From Bacteroides helcogenes (GTDB taxonomy: Bacteria; Bacillota_I; Bacilli_A; RF39; UBA660): a DNA stretch of 25,741 bases. Positions 8,886-17,465 of the stretch are shown piece after piece. The first letter of the stretch is position 1, and each line of letters opens with the position of its first letter. Under the pieces are notes generated by a model that was not told where the DNA came from, ran no database searches, and worked only from the letters and a program-made list of their open reading frames with translations. Both the position numbers and the translations under genes were made by a program. The stretch covers positions 1 to 25,741 of the forward strand of contig CAVBMP010000082.1 in the NCBI GenBank assembly GCA_963596555.1, given 5' to 3'.

Positions 8886-8956
8886 CTCATAAAACATATT
8901 TATTTAAATACCATTGATTTAATAAATATTTTTCATCATTCGCCTTTTTATATAAG

Positions 8957-9724
8957 CTAACCTATTATAAATTTATCAATTAATGGAGTTATTACGTTAG
9001 AAAAATATATTGTTATTAATGCTCCAATAAGCAAAAATGGACCAAATGGTATAATACCTTCTTTATTCTTTTTTATTGATATTAATGAAAATATAAGTCC
9101 TACAAACGAACCAATAAATAAAGTTACAAAACTATTAACTAGTCCAAGTCCTAAAGCAATTACTCCCATTAATTTAATATCACCATCGCCTAAAGATTCC
9201 TTTTTAAATGTTATATTGCCACATATTTTAATAAAATACATTACAATAAATATTATTACTGCAGCAATTATGTTATAAAATACATCATGTATATCTAAAA
9301 AATAATAATTAACTGCTAAAAGTGCTAAACTGCCTATAATAAGTACCCTATCAGATATGTAATAGTACATAAAGTCACTAACTATTGTAACTAAAAGCAT
9401 ACATGTAATTATAGTTGATATAAAGAAATTAATAGTAAAGCCAAATAATAAGTAATTGCATAAGAAAAGTAATGCACCAGTTATTTCTACAAATGGATAA
9501 ATAAAGTTTATTGGTTTACCACAATATGCACATTTACCTTTTAAAAAAATATATGATAGTATTGGTATGTTCATATACCATTTTAATGATTTACCACAAT
9601 CAGCACAGAAACTACTTGGATAGGTAGTTTTTATTTTATTTGGAATTCTATATCCCATGCATCCTAAAAAGCTTCCCATAATCGCACCAAGAACCGTTAA
9701 AAATATTATGATCATTATTTGCAT
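8957..9724 (-). CDS. pilD: Prepilin peptidase (A24 family, PilD/ComC)
   Basis: GSFL...YRIP, S.CADC and GKCAYC Cys pairs, NIPILSY, SDF (first Asp), LGDGDIKL (second Asp), IPFGPFL; multiple TM helices. Confidence 0.95.
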   Translation of the reverse strand: MQIMIIIFLTVLGAIMGSFLGCMGYRIPNKIKTTYPSSFCADCGKSLKWYMNIPILSYIFLKGKCAYCGKPINFIYPFVEITGALLFLCNYLLFGFTINFFISTIITCMLLVTIVSDFMYYYISDRVLIIGSLALLAVNYYFLDIHDVFYNIIAAVIIFIVMYFIKICGNITFKKESLGDGDIKLMGVIALGLGLVNSFVTLFIGSFVGLIFSLISIKKNKEGIIPFGPFLLIGALITIYFSNVITPLIDKFIIG

Positions 9725-9739
9725 ATTTCCCCCTATATT

Positions 9740-11266
9740 TTATCCTGCCGCAACTGTTTGATACATACCAAACATTGGAACAAGAACTGAAATAACTATA
9801 AATCCTACAGCTACTGCTAAGAATAAAATCATTGCTGGTTCAATAAATGTTTTGATTTGACCAACTAAATTCTTTTCTTCTTTTAAGTAGTACTCTCCTA
9901 CCTTTTCAAGCATATTACCAAGTTCGCCAGTATTTTCACCTGTAAGAATCATATAAAATGCAAGATCAGGAACTGCCCAGTGATCCTTAAATGTTTCACT
10001 CATCTTATCACCTTTAATAAGATTATCTATTGTTCTATTCATTATATCTTTATATATTTCATTAGAAGTTATCTTACTTAGTATTTCCATACAATCAGTA
10101 AGCATTACACTATTTTTAGTTAGTGTTGCGAATGTACTTGCAAACATACTCATTTCTTTTGCAATTACAAGTTTACCAATAACAGGCAATCTCATACTAA
10201 GTTTTTGCATTAAAACTTTAAACGATTTAATCTTTTTAAATGCAAATATAAATAGTACAACAGCACCTACAATAACACCTATAATCATCATATAATTGTT
10301 AGTTATAAATGCTGATAAATTAAGAGCAAATTGCGTAATAGCAGGTATCTCAGCACCCATAGATACGAATACATCTTTAAATTTAGGAATGATATAAACA
10401 AGCATAAATGTAATAACTCCAATAGCAAAAATAAGAACTATACTTGGATATGTAATTGCACTAATAACTGCTTTTTTGGTATCTTCTATATCTTGATAAT
10501 AATCAGCCATTTCATCTAATGTATCTTCTATTTTACCAATCATTTCTGCTGATTTAATCATATTAACTAATAATTGCGGGAAAGCAGCACCTTGTTTAGC
10601 AAGAGCATCAGAAAATGTTTCACCCATTGTAAGTTCATATATTAGTGAATCATATATAGGTTTATACTTCTTTCTTTTATCTTGTTGTGCTAATATCTTA
10701 ACTGCATCAGCAAGAGGTATGCCTGCCTTAATATAAGTAGATAATTGTGTCAACCAGAATATTAAATCTTTGGTTTTCATCTTAACAGCACCAACTGGAG
10801 ACTCTTTTCTAAAGAAGTTAATCATTGAGTTAGTTTCAATATTATATACAGTCATTCCCTGATCGACTAAGTATGAATAAACATCATATTTAGAATGAGC
10901 AGAAAAATAGTCTTTAATGATAACTCCTTCTTTATTTCTTGCTAGATATCTATATGTTTGTTTCTTATCACTTTTAACTGCATCAGGCCCATCTGGATCA
11001 ATCTTTATTTCAACTAACTTACTTTCATCTATTTTACTTTTTTTAGTTTTTTTACTCTTTTTATCATCAGTTTTAACCTTTTGTGTATTAGTAGTATTCA
11101 CACTTTGTGGTTGAGCAGCAGGAGTTTGTGGTACTTGATTATTAACTGTTTGATTTGATACTGCCGCACTACTTGATGGTGTATTTGTAGTTACATTAGT
11201 AGCCGCATTAGCATTAGCATTAACATTTGTACTACCAGTAGTATTAATATTTGGATTTTCTGCCAT
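9740..11266 (-). CDS. pilC: Type IV pilus platform protein PilC (T2SSF family) with a long low-complexity N-terminal extension
   Basis: YRYLARN..G, QLSTYIKAGIPL.DA, G..FSDAL, FPQLLVNMI.SAE..G, AITYP, IIPKF, GENTGEL..MLEKV, IEPAM, LVPMF. SD GAGGGTG. Confidence 0.93.
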   Translation of the reverse strand: MAENPNINTTGSTNVNANANAATNVTTNTPSSSAAVSNQTVNNQVPQTPAAQPQSVNTTNTQKVKTDDKKSKKTKKSKIDESKLVEIKIDPDGPDAVKSDKKQTYRYLARNKEGVIIKDYFSAHSKYDVYSYLVDQGMTVYNIETNSMINFFRKESPVGAVKMKTKDLIFWLTQLSTYIKAGIPLADAVKILAQQDKRKKYKPIYDSLIYELTMGETFSDALAKQGAAFPQLLVNMIKSAEMIGKIEDTLDEMADYYQDIEDTKKAVISAITYPSIVLIFAIGVITFMLVYIIPKFKDVFVSMGAEIPAITQFALNLSAFITNNYMMIIGVIVGAVVLFIFAFKKIKSFKVLMQKLSMRLPVIGKLVIAKEMSMFASTFATLTKNSVMLTDCMEILSKITSNEIYKDIMNRTIDNLIKGDKMSETFKDHWAVPDLAFYMILTGENTGELGNMLEKVGEYYLKEEKNLVGQIKTFIEPAMILFLAVAVGFIVISVLVPMFGMYQTVAAG

Positions 11267-11336
11267 ATAAAATCACCCTCTTACTATTCTATATATAAAT
11301 TATAGCATACTATTTTTAAAATAAAAACACTTTTTA

Positions 11337-11364
11337 ACTATTTTAATTTTATTTACATATACTA
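11337..11364 (+). promoter_or_regulatory. Putative SigK-type (late mother-cell) promoter
   Basis: AC-N17-CATA-tac-TA, matching the B. subtilis SigK consensus, just upstream of SD AGGTG. The motif is short and the DNA AT-rich. Confidence 0.45.
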
Positions 11365-11379
11365 TTTATAGGTGATTTT

Positions 11380-11631
11380 ATGAGTTTAAATATAATGAGT
11401 CTTTTAAAAACAATCAATGTATCAAATATTATTTCTAATACCAATAAGACACTCAACATCATTAAAAAAAGTATCCCAGTATATAAAGAAGTAAGACCTT
11501 ATTTTAACCATGAAAAATTTTTATTTAAAAAGCCAAAAATTGAGTTAATAGACGAAATAAAAGAAAGTAAGCCATTAAAAGTTAATAAGGAAATTACTTA
11601 TAACAATGATAACTTAACTTTCTTTCAATAA
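11380..11631 (+). CDS. Small VrrA/YqfQ-like (sporulation-associated) protein
   Basis: SD AGGTG. INVSNIISNTNKTLNIIKKSIPVYKEVRPYF resembles the YqfQ core (..L.N.Q+.L......P...Q..P). Stop abuts the lepA stop. Confidence 0.55.
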   Translation: MSLNIMSLLKTINVSNIISNTNKTLNIIKKSIPVYKEVRPYFNHEKFLFKKPKIELIDEIKESKPLKVNKEITYNNDNLTFFQ

Positions 11632-13416
11632 TTATTCTTTAGAATCAGTACTTAATATTGTTAAAAATGCTTCTTGAGGTATAGAAACAGAACCAACTTG
11701 TTTCATTCTCTTTTTACCTTCTTTTTGCTTCTCTAATAATTTTCTTTTTCTTGAAACATCTCCACCATAACATTTAGCAAGTACATTTTTTTTCATAGCA
11801 GATATATCTTCTCTTGCGATTACTTTAGCACCTATACATGCTTGAATAGGTACTTGAAACATTTGTCTAGGTATTATTTTCTTTAGGTTTTCACATATAA
11901 CCTTTCCTCTTTTATACGCAAAATCTTTATGTACAATTACACTTAAAGCATCAACTATCTCACCATTTAATAATATATCCATTTTAACAAGTTTACTTTC
12001 TCTATTACCTATAAAATCATAATCAAATGATGCATACCCTTTAGTATAACTTTTTAATTTATCAAAGAAGTCATAAACTATTTCACTTAATGGAAGTTCA
12101 TACATAACATTAACTCTAGTTTCATCCATATATGAAATATTTTTATAAACTCCTCTTTTATCTTGACATAATTCCATTATAGAACCAACATATTCAGATG
12201 GAACATATATATTTGCTTTAACAAAAGGTTCTAATACTTTACTTATTTTACCTGGATCTGGCATCTTTGATGGTGAATCTACCATAATAGTAGAACCATC
12301 ACTAAGTATTACTTCATAAATAACAGATGGACTTGTTGCGATAATATCTATATTAAATTCACGTTCTATTCTCTCTTGTATTATTTCCATATGTAATAGT
12401 CCTAAAAAACCACATCTAAATCCAAAACCTAATGCTATTGAAGTTTCTGGTTCGAATGTTAAGGCTGCATCGCTAAGTTTAAGTTTTAATAATGCTTCTT
12501 TAAGAGCATTGTATTTAGTACTATCAATTGGATAAATACCTGAGAATACCATAGGTTTCATAGGTTTATAACCTGGTAGAGGTTCTACTATTTTATTAGC
12601 AAGACAAATAGTGTCGCCAACTTCAACTTCCTCAATACTTTTAATTGATGCTGATATAAATCCCACTTCTCCAGCTGACAGTTTATCTTTTTTTACTTCG
12701 TGTGGCGTATGTTTACCAAGTTCTAAAACTTCATAATCTGCTTCACTATTTATAAAATGAATTTTATCTCCCACTTTTAATAAACCATCAAATACTCTTA
12801 CAAGTATTACTACACCTTTATATGGATCAAAATAACTATCAAATATTAGTGCTCTTAAGTTATCACTTTCACTCTTAGGTGAAGGTATTCTTTCAACTAC
12901 AGCATCAAGTAATTCTACAACGCCTTCACCTGTTTTACCAGAACATAATATTATTTCATCTCTTTCAAATCCAATGGTATCTACAAGTTCATCTTTAACC
13001 TTTTCAGGATCAGCATTAGGTAAATCTATTTTATTAATAACTGGTATTATTTTAAGATTAGCATCAAGTGCTAAATATAGATTAGCAAGAGTTTGTGCCT
13101 CTATTCCCTGAGTAGCATCAACTACAAGTATTGCCCCTTCACATGCAGCAAGACTACGACTTACTTCATAACTAAAGTCTACATGCCCAGGAGTATCTAT
13201 TAAATGCAAAATATGATTTTTATATTTAAGTTCAACTGCATTTAATTTAATAGTTATTCCACGCTCACGCTCAAGATCCATCGAATCAAGTATTTGTGCT
13301 TTCTTTTCCCTTTCTGTTACTGCATGACAAACATCAAGTATTCTATCAGCAAGAGTACTTTTTCCATGATCTATATGCGCTATTATGCAAAAATTTCTAA
13401 TATTTTCCTGTTTCAT
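11632..13416 (-). CDS. lepA: Translation elongation factor 4 (LepA)
   Basis: [77 protein letters not shown]. Start moved to ATG 13416 (MKQENIRNF) because the track's GTG lies in a terminator loop. Confidence 0.98.
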   Translation of the reverse strand: MKQENIRNFCIIAHIDHGKSTLADRILDVCHAVTEREKKAQILDSMDLERERGITIKLNAVELKYKNHILHLIDTPGHVDFSYEVSRSLAACEGAILVVDATQGIEAQTLANLYLALDANLKIIPVINKIDLPNADPEKVKDELVDTIGFERDEIILCSGKTGEGVVELLDAVVERIPSPKSESDNLRALIFDSYFDPYKGVVILVRVFDGLLKVGDKIHFINSEADYEVLELGKHTPHEVKKDKLSAGEVGFISASIKSIEEVEVGDTICLANKIVEPLPGYKPMKPMVFSGIYPIDSTKYNALKEALLKLKLSDAALTFEPETSIALGFGFRCGFLGLLHMEIIQERIEREFNIDIIATSPSVIYEVILSDGSTIMVDSPSKMPDPGKISKVLEPFVKANIYVPSEYVGSIMELCQDKRGVYKNISYMDETRVNVMYELPLSEIVYDFFDKLKSYTKGYASFDYDFIGNRESKLVKMDILLNGEIVDALSVIVHKDFAYKRGKVICENLKKIIPRQMFQVPIQACIGAKVIAREDISAMKKNVLAKCYGGDVSRKRKLLEKQKEGKKRMKQVGSVSIPQEAFLTILSTDSKE

Positions 13417-13423
13417 AAATAAA

Positions 13424-13432
13424 ATTTTATCA
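13424..13432 (-). promoter_or_regulatory. Extended -10 promoter for lepA, probably leaderless
   Basis: TGA-TAAAAT-N7-ATG with no SD; lies just after the upstream terminator's U-tract. Confidence 0.55.
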
Positions 13433-13433
13433 T

Positions 13434-13471
13434 AAAAAGAAAAATAATTAAAGACCACACTTTAATTATTT
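13434..13471 (-). terminator. Intrinsic terminator of the three-gene EF-Tu-domain operon
   Basis: AAATAATTAAAG-tgtggt-CTTTAATTATTT 12-bp perfect stem followed by TTCTTTTT. Confidence 0.75.
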
Positions 13472-13480
13472 CATATAATT

Positions 13481-14389
13481 TTAATATAACTTAGTAACAG
13501 TTCCTTTACCAATTACTTTGTCACCTTTTTTTACATAGAATTTAGTCCCAATTTCCATAACAGTATCAGCAGACAAACTAATAGTTGCATTAGAACTTTG
13601 TCCGGAGCTTAGAGTCTTTATTCCGTTTGAGAAACTAATACTTCCAGAAATATCAGCAGTCCAGAAATGAAATAATTGTTTATCTGTATCATTTATTGTT
13701 ATCTTTTCACCTACATCACTTTCACTATACACTTCAACAGACACATCACACTTCTTATATGTTTTAGCTGAATTTGTTTTCGCTAATACTTGTCCTTTTA
13801 AAACATCATCTCTATTTATATTTTTAAGTAATAAACCTAACTCTATACCAGGAGTACCAACCTCAATATTCTTTCTAAATGCTTCTATACTATCAACTTC
13901 AACTTCTATAACTTCTCTATTTAGCCCTAAAACTTGAATTTTGTCGCCTGATCTAACAGTTCCTCTTAAAACTTTGCCTGTTACTACAGTACCTCTACCA
14001 GTTATAGTAAAGACATCTTCTAATGTCATCAAAAAAGGACCGTTCTCATCACCGATAACATCATTCGTTATAGTAATTGGATACTCACCATTATTGTCAG
14101 ATGCATTATTATTGTTGTTAGAATTATTATTCGTATTATCAGCTGTATTATTTTTATTGTATATCATTTTACCTAGAAATAATCCTAAAACAGCCCCAAC
14201 TATAAATAGAAGTCCACCTATAATATAAAACTTTGCTTTATTATTTTTATCTACTGGTCCACTCGTGTTTACTTGACTATTCATAGTAGGCTGAGGCCCC
14301 ATAGATTGTTGAAAATTTTGTTGTGAATTTGCCTGATTAATTGGTTGATTAAAACCATTGTTTTGATTAAAATTATTATTTTGATCCAT
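13481..14389 (-). CDS. Membrane-anchored protein consisting of EF-Tu domains II and III (no GTPase domain)
   Basis: Q/N-rich aa 1-50, TM helix aa ~54-73, Asn linker, then from P118 PFLMTLEDVFTITGRGTVVTGKVLRG...IEAFRK...GLLL....KGQVLAK (domain II) and FHFWTADISG...GQ...MEIGTKF.VKKGDKVIGKGTVTKL (domain III). No P-loop, DxxG or NKxD. Confidence 0.9.
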   Translation of the reverse strand: MDQNNNFNQNNGFNQPINQANSQQNFQQSMGPQPTMNSQVNTSGPVDKNNKAKFYIIGGLLFIVGAVLGLFLGKMIYNKNNTADNTNNNSNNNNNASDNNGEYPITITNDVIGDENGPFLMTLEDVFTITGRGTVVTGKVLRGTVRSGDKIQVLGLNREVIEVEVDSIEAFRKNIEVGTPGIELGLLLKNINRDDVLKGQVLAKTNSAKTYKKCDVSVEVYSESDVGEKITINDTDKQLFHFWTADISGSISFSNGIKTLSSGQSSNATISLSADTVMEIGTKFYVKKGDKVIGKGTVTKLY

Positions 14390-15020
14390 TATAATTACCT
14401 TCCTTTATTTCATTGACCCAATCCGGATTATATTTTAAATTTAATTCCTTATTTGTTGTTTTACTGTAATTTTTCTTTACTGATTTTGTCATTTTTATTC
14501 CAGACTTATAACAAGTTGTAACATACATATAGCAACTTGCTAACAGTGCTATAAAAGCACAATCTTTACTAGCAGAATATATATCATAATTGTGTAAATC
14601 ATTATATACAATTCCATCTTTATTGATTTCAGCTATTTGTTCATCTTTATAATATAAAGGACATACACCTCTTTTACCCAATCCAATACAATATAGTTTA
14701 TATTCCTTTTGATTATATAAACATTTAATATACTCATATTTAGAAAAAATGTTTTTTCTATATTCTGTTTGAAAAATCTCACCGACTATACTATTGTTTT
14801 CAATTATGTTATATGGCCTAAATTTTATATTTGAACCGGTCAACATTTCATTCACGCAATTTAATGAAAATGTTTTACCATAAAACGTTCCACTAATATT
14901 TGCTTCCATCGAGGCTAATTTGCCTTCGAAAGAAATTTTTCCAACCTGTTCATTGTTATTAAATATTTCAAAATCACCACTGAATAAATCTTTAACTTTT
15001 TGTTCTAATGATAGTTGCAT
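14376..15020 (-). CDS. Hypothetical protein, LURP1/scramblase/tubby-like beta-rich pattern
   Basis: Repeated (F/Y).I.....VG.I units (FEIFNNNEQVGKI, YNIIENNSIVGEI, LYYKDEQIAEI), then YDI and a hydrophobic C-terminal helix AFIALLASCYMY. Overlaps the next gene by 14 nt. Confidence 0.55.
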   Translation of the reverse strand: MQLSLEQKVKDLFSGDFEIFNNNEQVGKISFEGKLASMEANISGTFYGKTFSLNCVNEMLTGSNIKFRPYNIIENNSIVGEIFQTEYRKNIFSKYEYIKCLYNQKEYKLYCIGLGKRGVCPLYYKDEQIAEINKDGIVYNDLHNYDIYSASKDCAFIALLASCYMYVTTCYKSGIKMTKSVKKNYSKTTNKELNLKYNPDWVNEIKEGNYNGSK

Positions 15021-15024
15021 TCCT

Positions 15025-15672
15025 TCACCTCACTTTACTATTATTTTTCTCTTTTAAATATTTTATACTTTTTATAATAAAAATGATTAGAATAGAACTC
15101 ACAAATAATGTAGCAAATAGTAAAATAGTTATAGAATTGCTAACAAAATCATTTGGGTTATCTTTATTATAATAAATTTTTATTTTATCGCCTTCATTAT
15201 ATTTGCATGTGTCGTATTCAAGCTTATTATTATATTTTTGATTATCCGCATTATAATTAATATAAACTTTACATTTTTCTTCCTTCTTTTTATAAGAATT
15301 TCCATCATCGTCATACTCTGTTTTATAATTTATTGTCTTATCAACTTCATAAACTGTTGCGATTGTTTCAATACCATTTATTCTATATGAAATATTTTTA
15401 ATTAATAAGGCTAAACAAACACCAAAAAAACTACAAATAATTATTAAGCATATAAAATATGTATAATTAATATTATGCTTAATCTTTATTCCTTTTTCTT
15501 GTTTAATAACTTTAATGGAATTTAATGTAAACAATAAAGTTAAAGCTCCAAATATTACACTTGCTATAATCCAAACAATATCCTTAGTTGTTACAGCCGC
15601 AAACGTTGAAACAGCAAAAGCTATAAAAAAACCAAGTGTACCTAATATCTGATTCAATATCACTATATTCAT
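15025..15672 (-). CDS. DUF3592-like membrane protein (three N-terminal TMs, soluble domain, C-terminal TM)
   Basis: GIETIATVYEV...VYINY...YNEGDKIKIYYNKDNP between TM helices is the DUF3592 pattern. GGAGG upstream. Confidence 0.7.
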   Translation of the reverse strand: MNIVILNQILGTLGFFIAFAVSTFAAVTTKDIVWIIASVIFGALTLLFTLNSIKVIKQEKGIKIKHNINYTYFICLIIICSFFGVCLALLIKNISYRINGIETIATVYEVDKTINYKTEYDDDGNSYKKKEEKCKVYINYNADNQKYNNKLEYDTCKYNEGDKIKIYYNKDNPNDFVSNSITILLFATLFVSSILIIFIIKSIKYLKEKNNSKVR

Positions 15673-15755
15673 TTATTAAATTGACACCTCCACCTTACAA
15701 TATATATATTAATTTAAAATTACTTCTTTACTCTTACTTTACTTACCTTAATTAT

Positions 15756-15785
15756 ATTATAGCATTCCCCTGCTTTCCTGGTCAA
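15756..15785 (-). promoter_or_regulatory. SigA-type promoter of the three-gene operon
   Basis: TTGACC-N18-TATAAT with extended TG; spacer AGGAAAGCAGGGGAATGC is unusually GC-rich for this window. Confidence 0.7.
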
Positions 15786-15844
15786 TTTACATTTGCTTGA
15801 CATGTTACTGGCTTTGTAAATTATTTATTTAACTTCTCGGCAAT

Positions 15845-15876
15845 AAAAAATAAGCAAATTTTACTTTGCTTATTTT
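15845..15876 (-). terminator. Intrinsic terminator overlapping the stop of the 496-aa gene
   Basis: AAAATAAGCAAA-gtaaaa-TTTGCTTATTTT-TT. Confidence 0.75.
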
Positions 15877-17360
15877 ATTACTCTGTTATATTCTTCTTTT
15901 AATTCATCAAGATTTACTATTTCACAATACTTATTGTATTTTTCCATAAAGCTTTTCTTTATATCTTCATTTTCTTCAATTAATTTTAGATATTTTTTAG
16001 AATATTTTTCTACTCTTTTTTCTTCTTCAAGAGTTATTTCACCATTCTTAATTCTTCTATATGTTTCTTTAACTGAGTCTAAGATATATTCTTTAGTTAT
16101 ACATTCATAAATACTTCCCGCAACTAACAAACCAAATATGCCACTCATAGAACCTAAGAACATATAAATATAGAATGTTAAACCATCAAATCTTGTTTTT
16201 TCATTACTACTATCTTGTGTTAATGTAACATATTTTCTTACAATTCCTTTATTTAAACTAACATTAAAGCTATTACTTGATGATTGACGTTCACTAACTG
16301 TTTGTTCAAAGTTTGCTAAGTTTGCATCTTCATAATTATTCTTATTTATATCACTACCAGTTACATCATATGATATTTCTTTTTTAACAGCCATTCCATT
16401 TTGAGTTTTTTTCCACGGATATGATTCAACTACTAATTCTTGATAACCATTATTTATTTTTGGCATATATTTATCCTCTTGTGTTGTAGTTTCAGAAACA
16501 ATAGTTGTTTTATTAGTTAAATATTCATGAGATACTGAGTGATCATGTGCTACTTTAACTACAGTTAATGCTACTGCTAAAACAGATGCACATGTAACAG
16601 CACTAACTACTACTGGATTATGTTTGCTTTTCTTATTAGGTATTTTTTCTATTTTTTCATTATTTTTACCTATTTGTTTTAAAAAACCTTTAAGTTCATT
16701 CATTACTTCTGTTTTTATATTATCATTGATATATTCAGCAATTCTTTCTTCATTAACTATTTCGATATTTTTGGAATCAATTATTTCTTTAGCAGTATCA
16801 CATTCACTAGGAGAAATCTTATCACTAACTAATATTTCTTCTTCTAGTCTTTTTTTCATATAAGTTCTTAACTTCTTATCATTTTTTGAATACATTAATA
16901 TTTTACTTTTTGAATTATAATCTACTTCTAACTGCATTAATTTGAAGCATATAGAATATAAAGTATTTAATGTTTCATTATCAAAACTATAATTATTTTT
17001 TATTACAATAATAACTTTATTAACTAAATCATCAAGTTCATTCTTATCAATATTTTCATTTTCAACCATAGTTGATATCTTTTCGATTAAAAGGCATGTA
17101 TCTAAGTATTCATTATTTTTAGTATATTCACATTCTATTAGTTTTAATCTCATATATGCGTTTTTATATAGATTTTCTAACATTAACTCTACTAGTGGTG
17201 AAATATATTTTTCTCTAGTTTCTTTACATTTCTTTTCAATATCTGCTTCTAATTTATCAAACATAGAAATATATTTATTTGTATTATTATCAATAAATGA
17301 TAAGTATTTCATTTTTTCCCTATCTAATTTTAATCTTTTTTCAAAATTTTCTTTATTCAT
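15870..17360 (-). CDS. Hypothetical membrane protein with two TM helices and coiled-coil-like termini
   Basis: 496-aa ORF, SD AGGAG, own promoter and terminator. Hydrophobic PVVVSAVTCASVLAVALTVV and FYIYMFLGSMSGIFGLLVAG flank a Thr/Ser-rich loop. No family recognised. Confidence 0.8.
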   Translation of the reverse strand: MNKENFEKRLKLDREKMKYLSFIDNNTNKYISMFDKLEADIEKKCKETREKYISPLVELMLENLYKNAYMRLKLIECEYTKNNEYLDTCLLIEKISTMVENENIDKNELDDLVNKVIIVIKNNYSFDNETLNTLYSICFKLMQLEVDYNSKSKILMYSKNDKKLRTYMKKRLEEEILVSDKISPSECDTAKEIIDSKNIEIVNEERIAEYINDNIKTEVMNELKGFLKQIGKNNEKIEKIPNKKSKHNPVVVSAVTCASVLAVALTVVKVAHDHSVSHEYLTNKTTIVSETTTQEDKYMPKINNGYQELVVESYPWKKTQNGMAVKKEISYDVTGSDINKNNYEDANLANFEQTVSERQSSSNSFNVSLNKGIVRKYVTLTQDSSNEKTRFDGLTFYIYMFLGSMSGIFGLLVAGSIYECITKEYILDSVKETYRRIKNGEITLEEEKRVEKYSKKYLKLIEENEDIKKSFMEKYNKYCEIVNLDELKEEYNRVIK

Positions 17361-17392
17361 AAATCGCTCCTACTGCTTTTGAATTGAACTAT

Positions 17393-17421
17393 ATTTTATC
17401 ATATTTAGTCATAAAAATCAA
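17393..17421 (-). promoter_or_regulatory. SigA-type promoter of the 496-aa gene
   Basis: TTGATT-N17-TAAAAT with extended TG. Confidence 0.65.
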
Positions 17422-17430
17422 CAGATTTAG

Positions 17431-17465
17431 CACTTATGTATTAAAAAAGCTCCAATACATAAGTA
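17431..17465 (-). terminator. Hairpin directly after the uvrA stop (no U-tract)
   Basis: ACTTATGTATT-N11-AATACATAAGT perfect 11-bp stem. No downstream poly-U, so it may be a stabilising 3' hairpin. Confidence 0.5.

Noticed and set aside
8775..8956. Possible ncRNA or small ORF between pilD and the 212-aa gene, including an AT-rich inverted repeat near 8895-8930
   Set aside because: Only very short or start-less frames; no RNA family motif recognised; the repeat is almost entirely A/T.
13417..13458. Longer N-termini given by the ORF track for lepA (also spoIVA 22630, pilin 20880, secA 25618)
   Set aside because: The upstream GTG/TTG starts fall in a terminator loop, within the SD or upstream of it; downstream ATGs fit homology and spacing better.
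14100..14160. AAT/AAC repeats as a phase-variation tract
   Set aside because: Imperfect in-frame triplets encoding an Asn linker; length changes would not shift the frame.
13481..14389. Annotation as tuf or as a tuf pseudogene
   Set aside because: No G-domain motifs, so it is not EF-Tu. The frame is intact, has an SD and is cleanly fused to a TM anchor inside an operon, which argues against simple decay.
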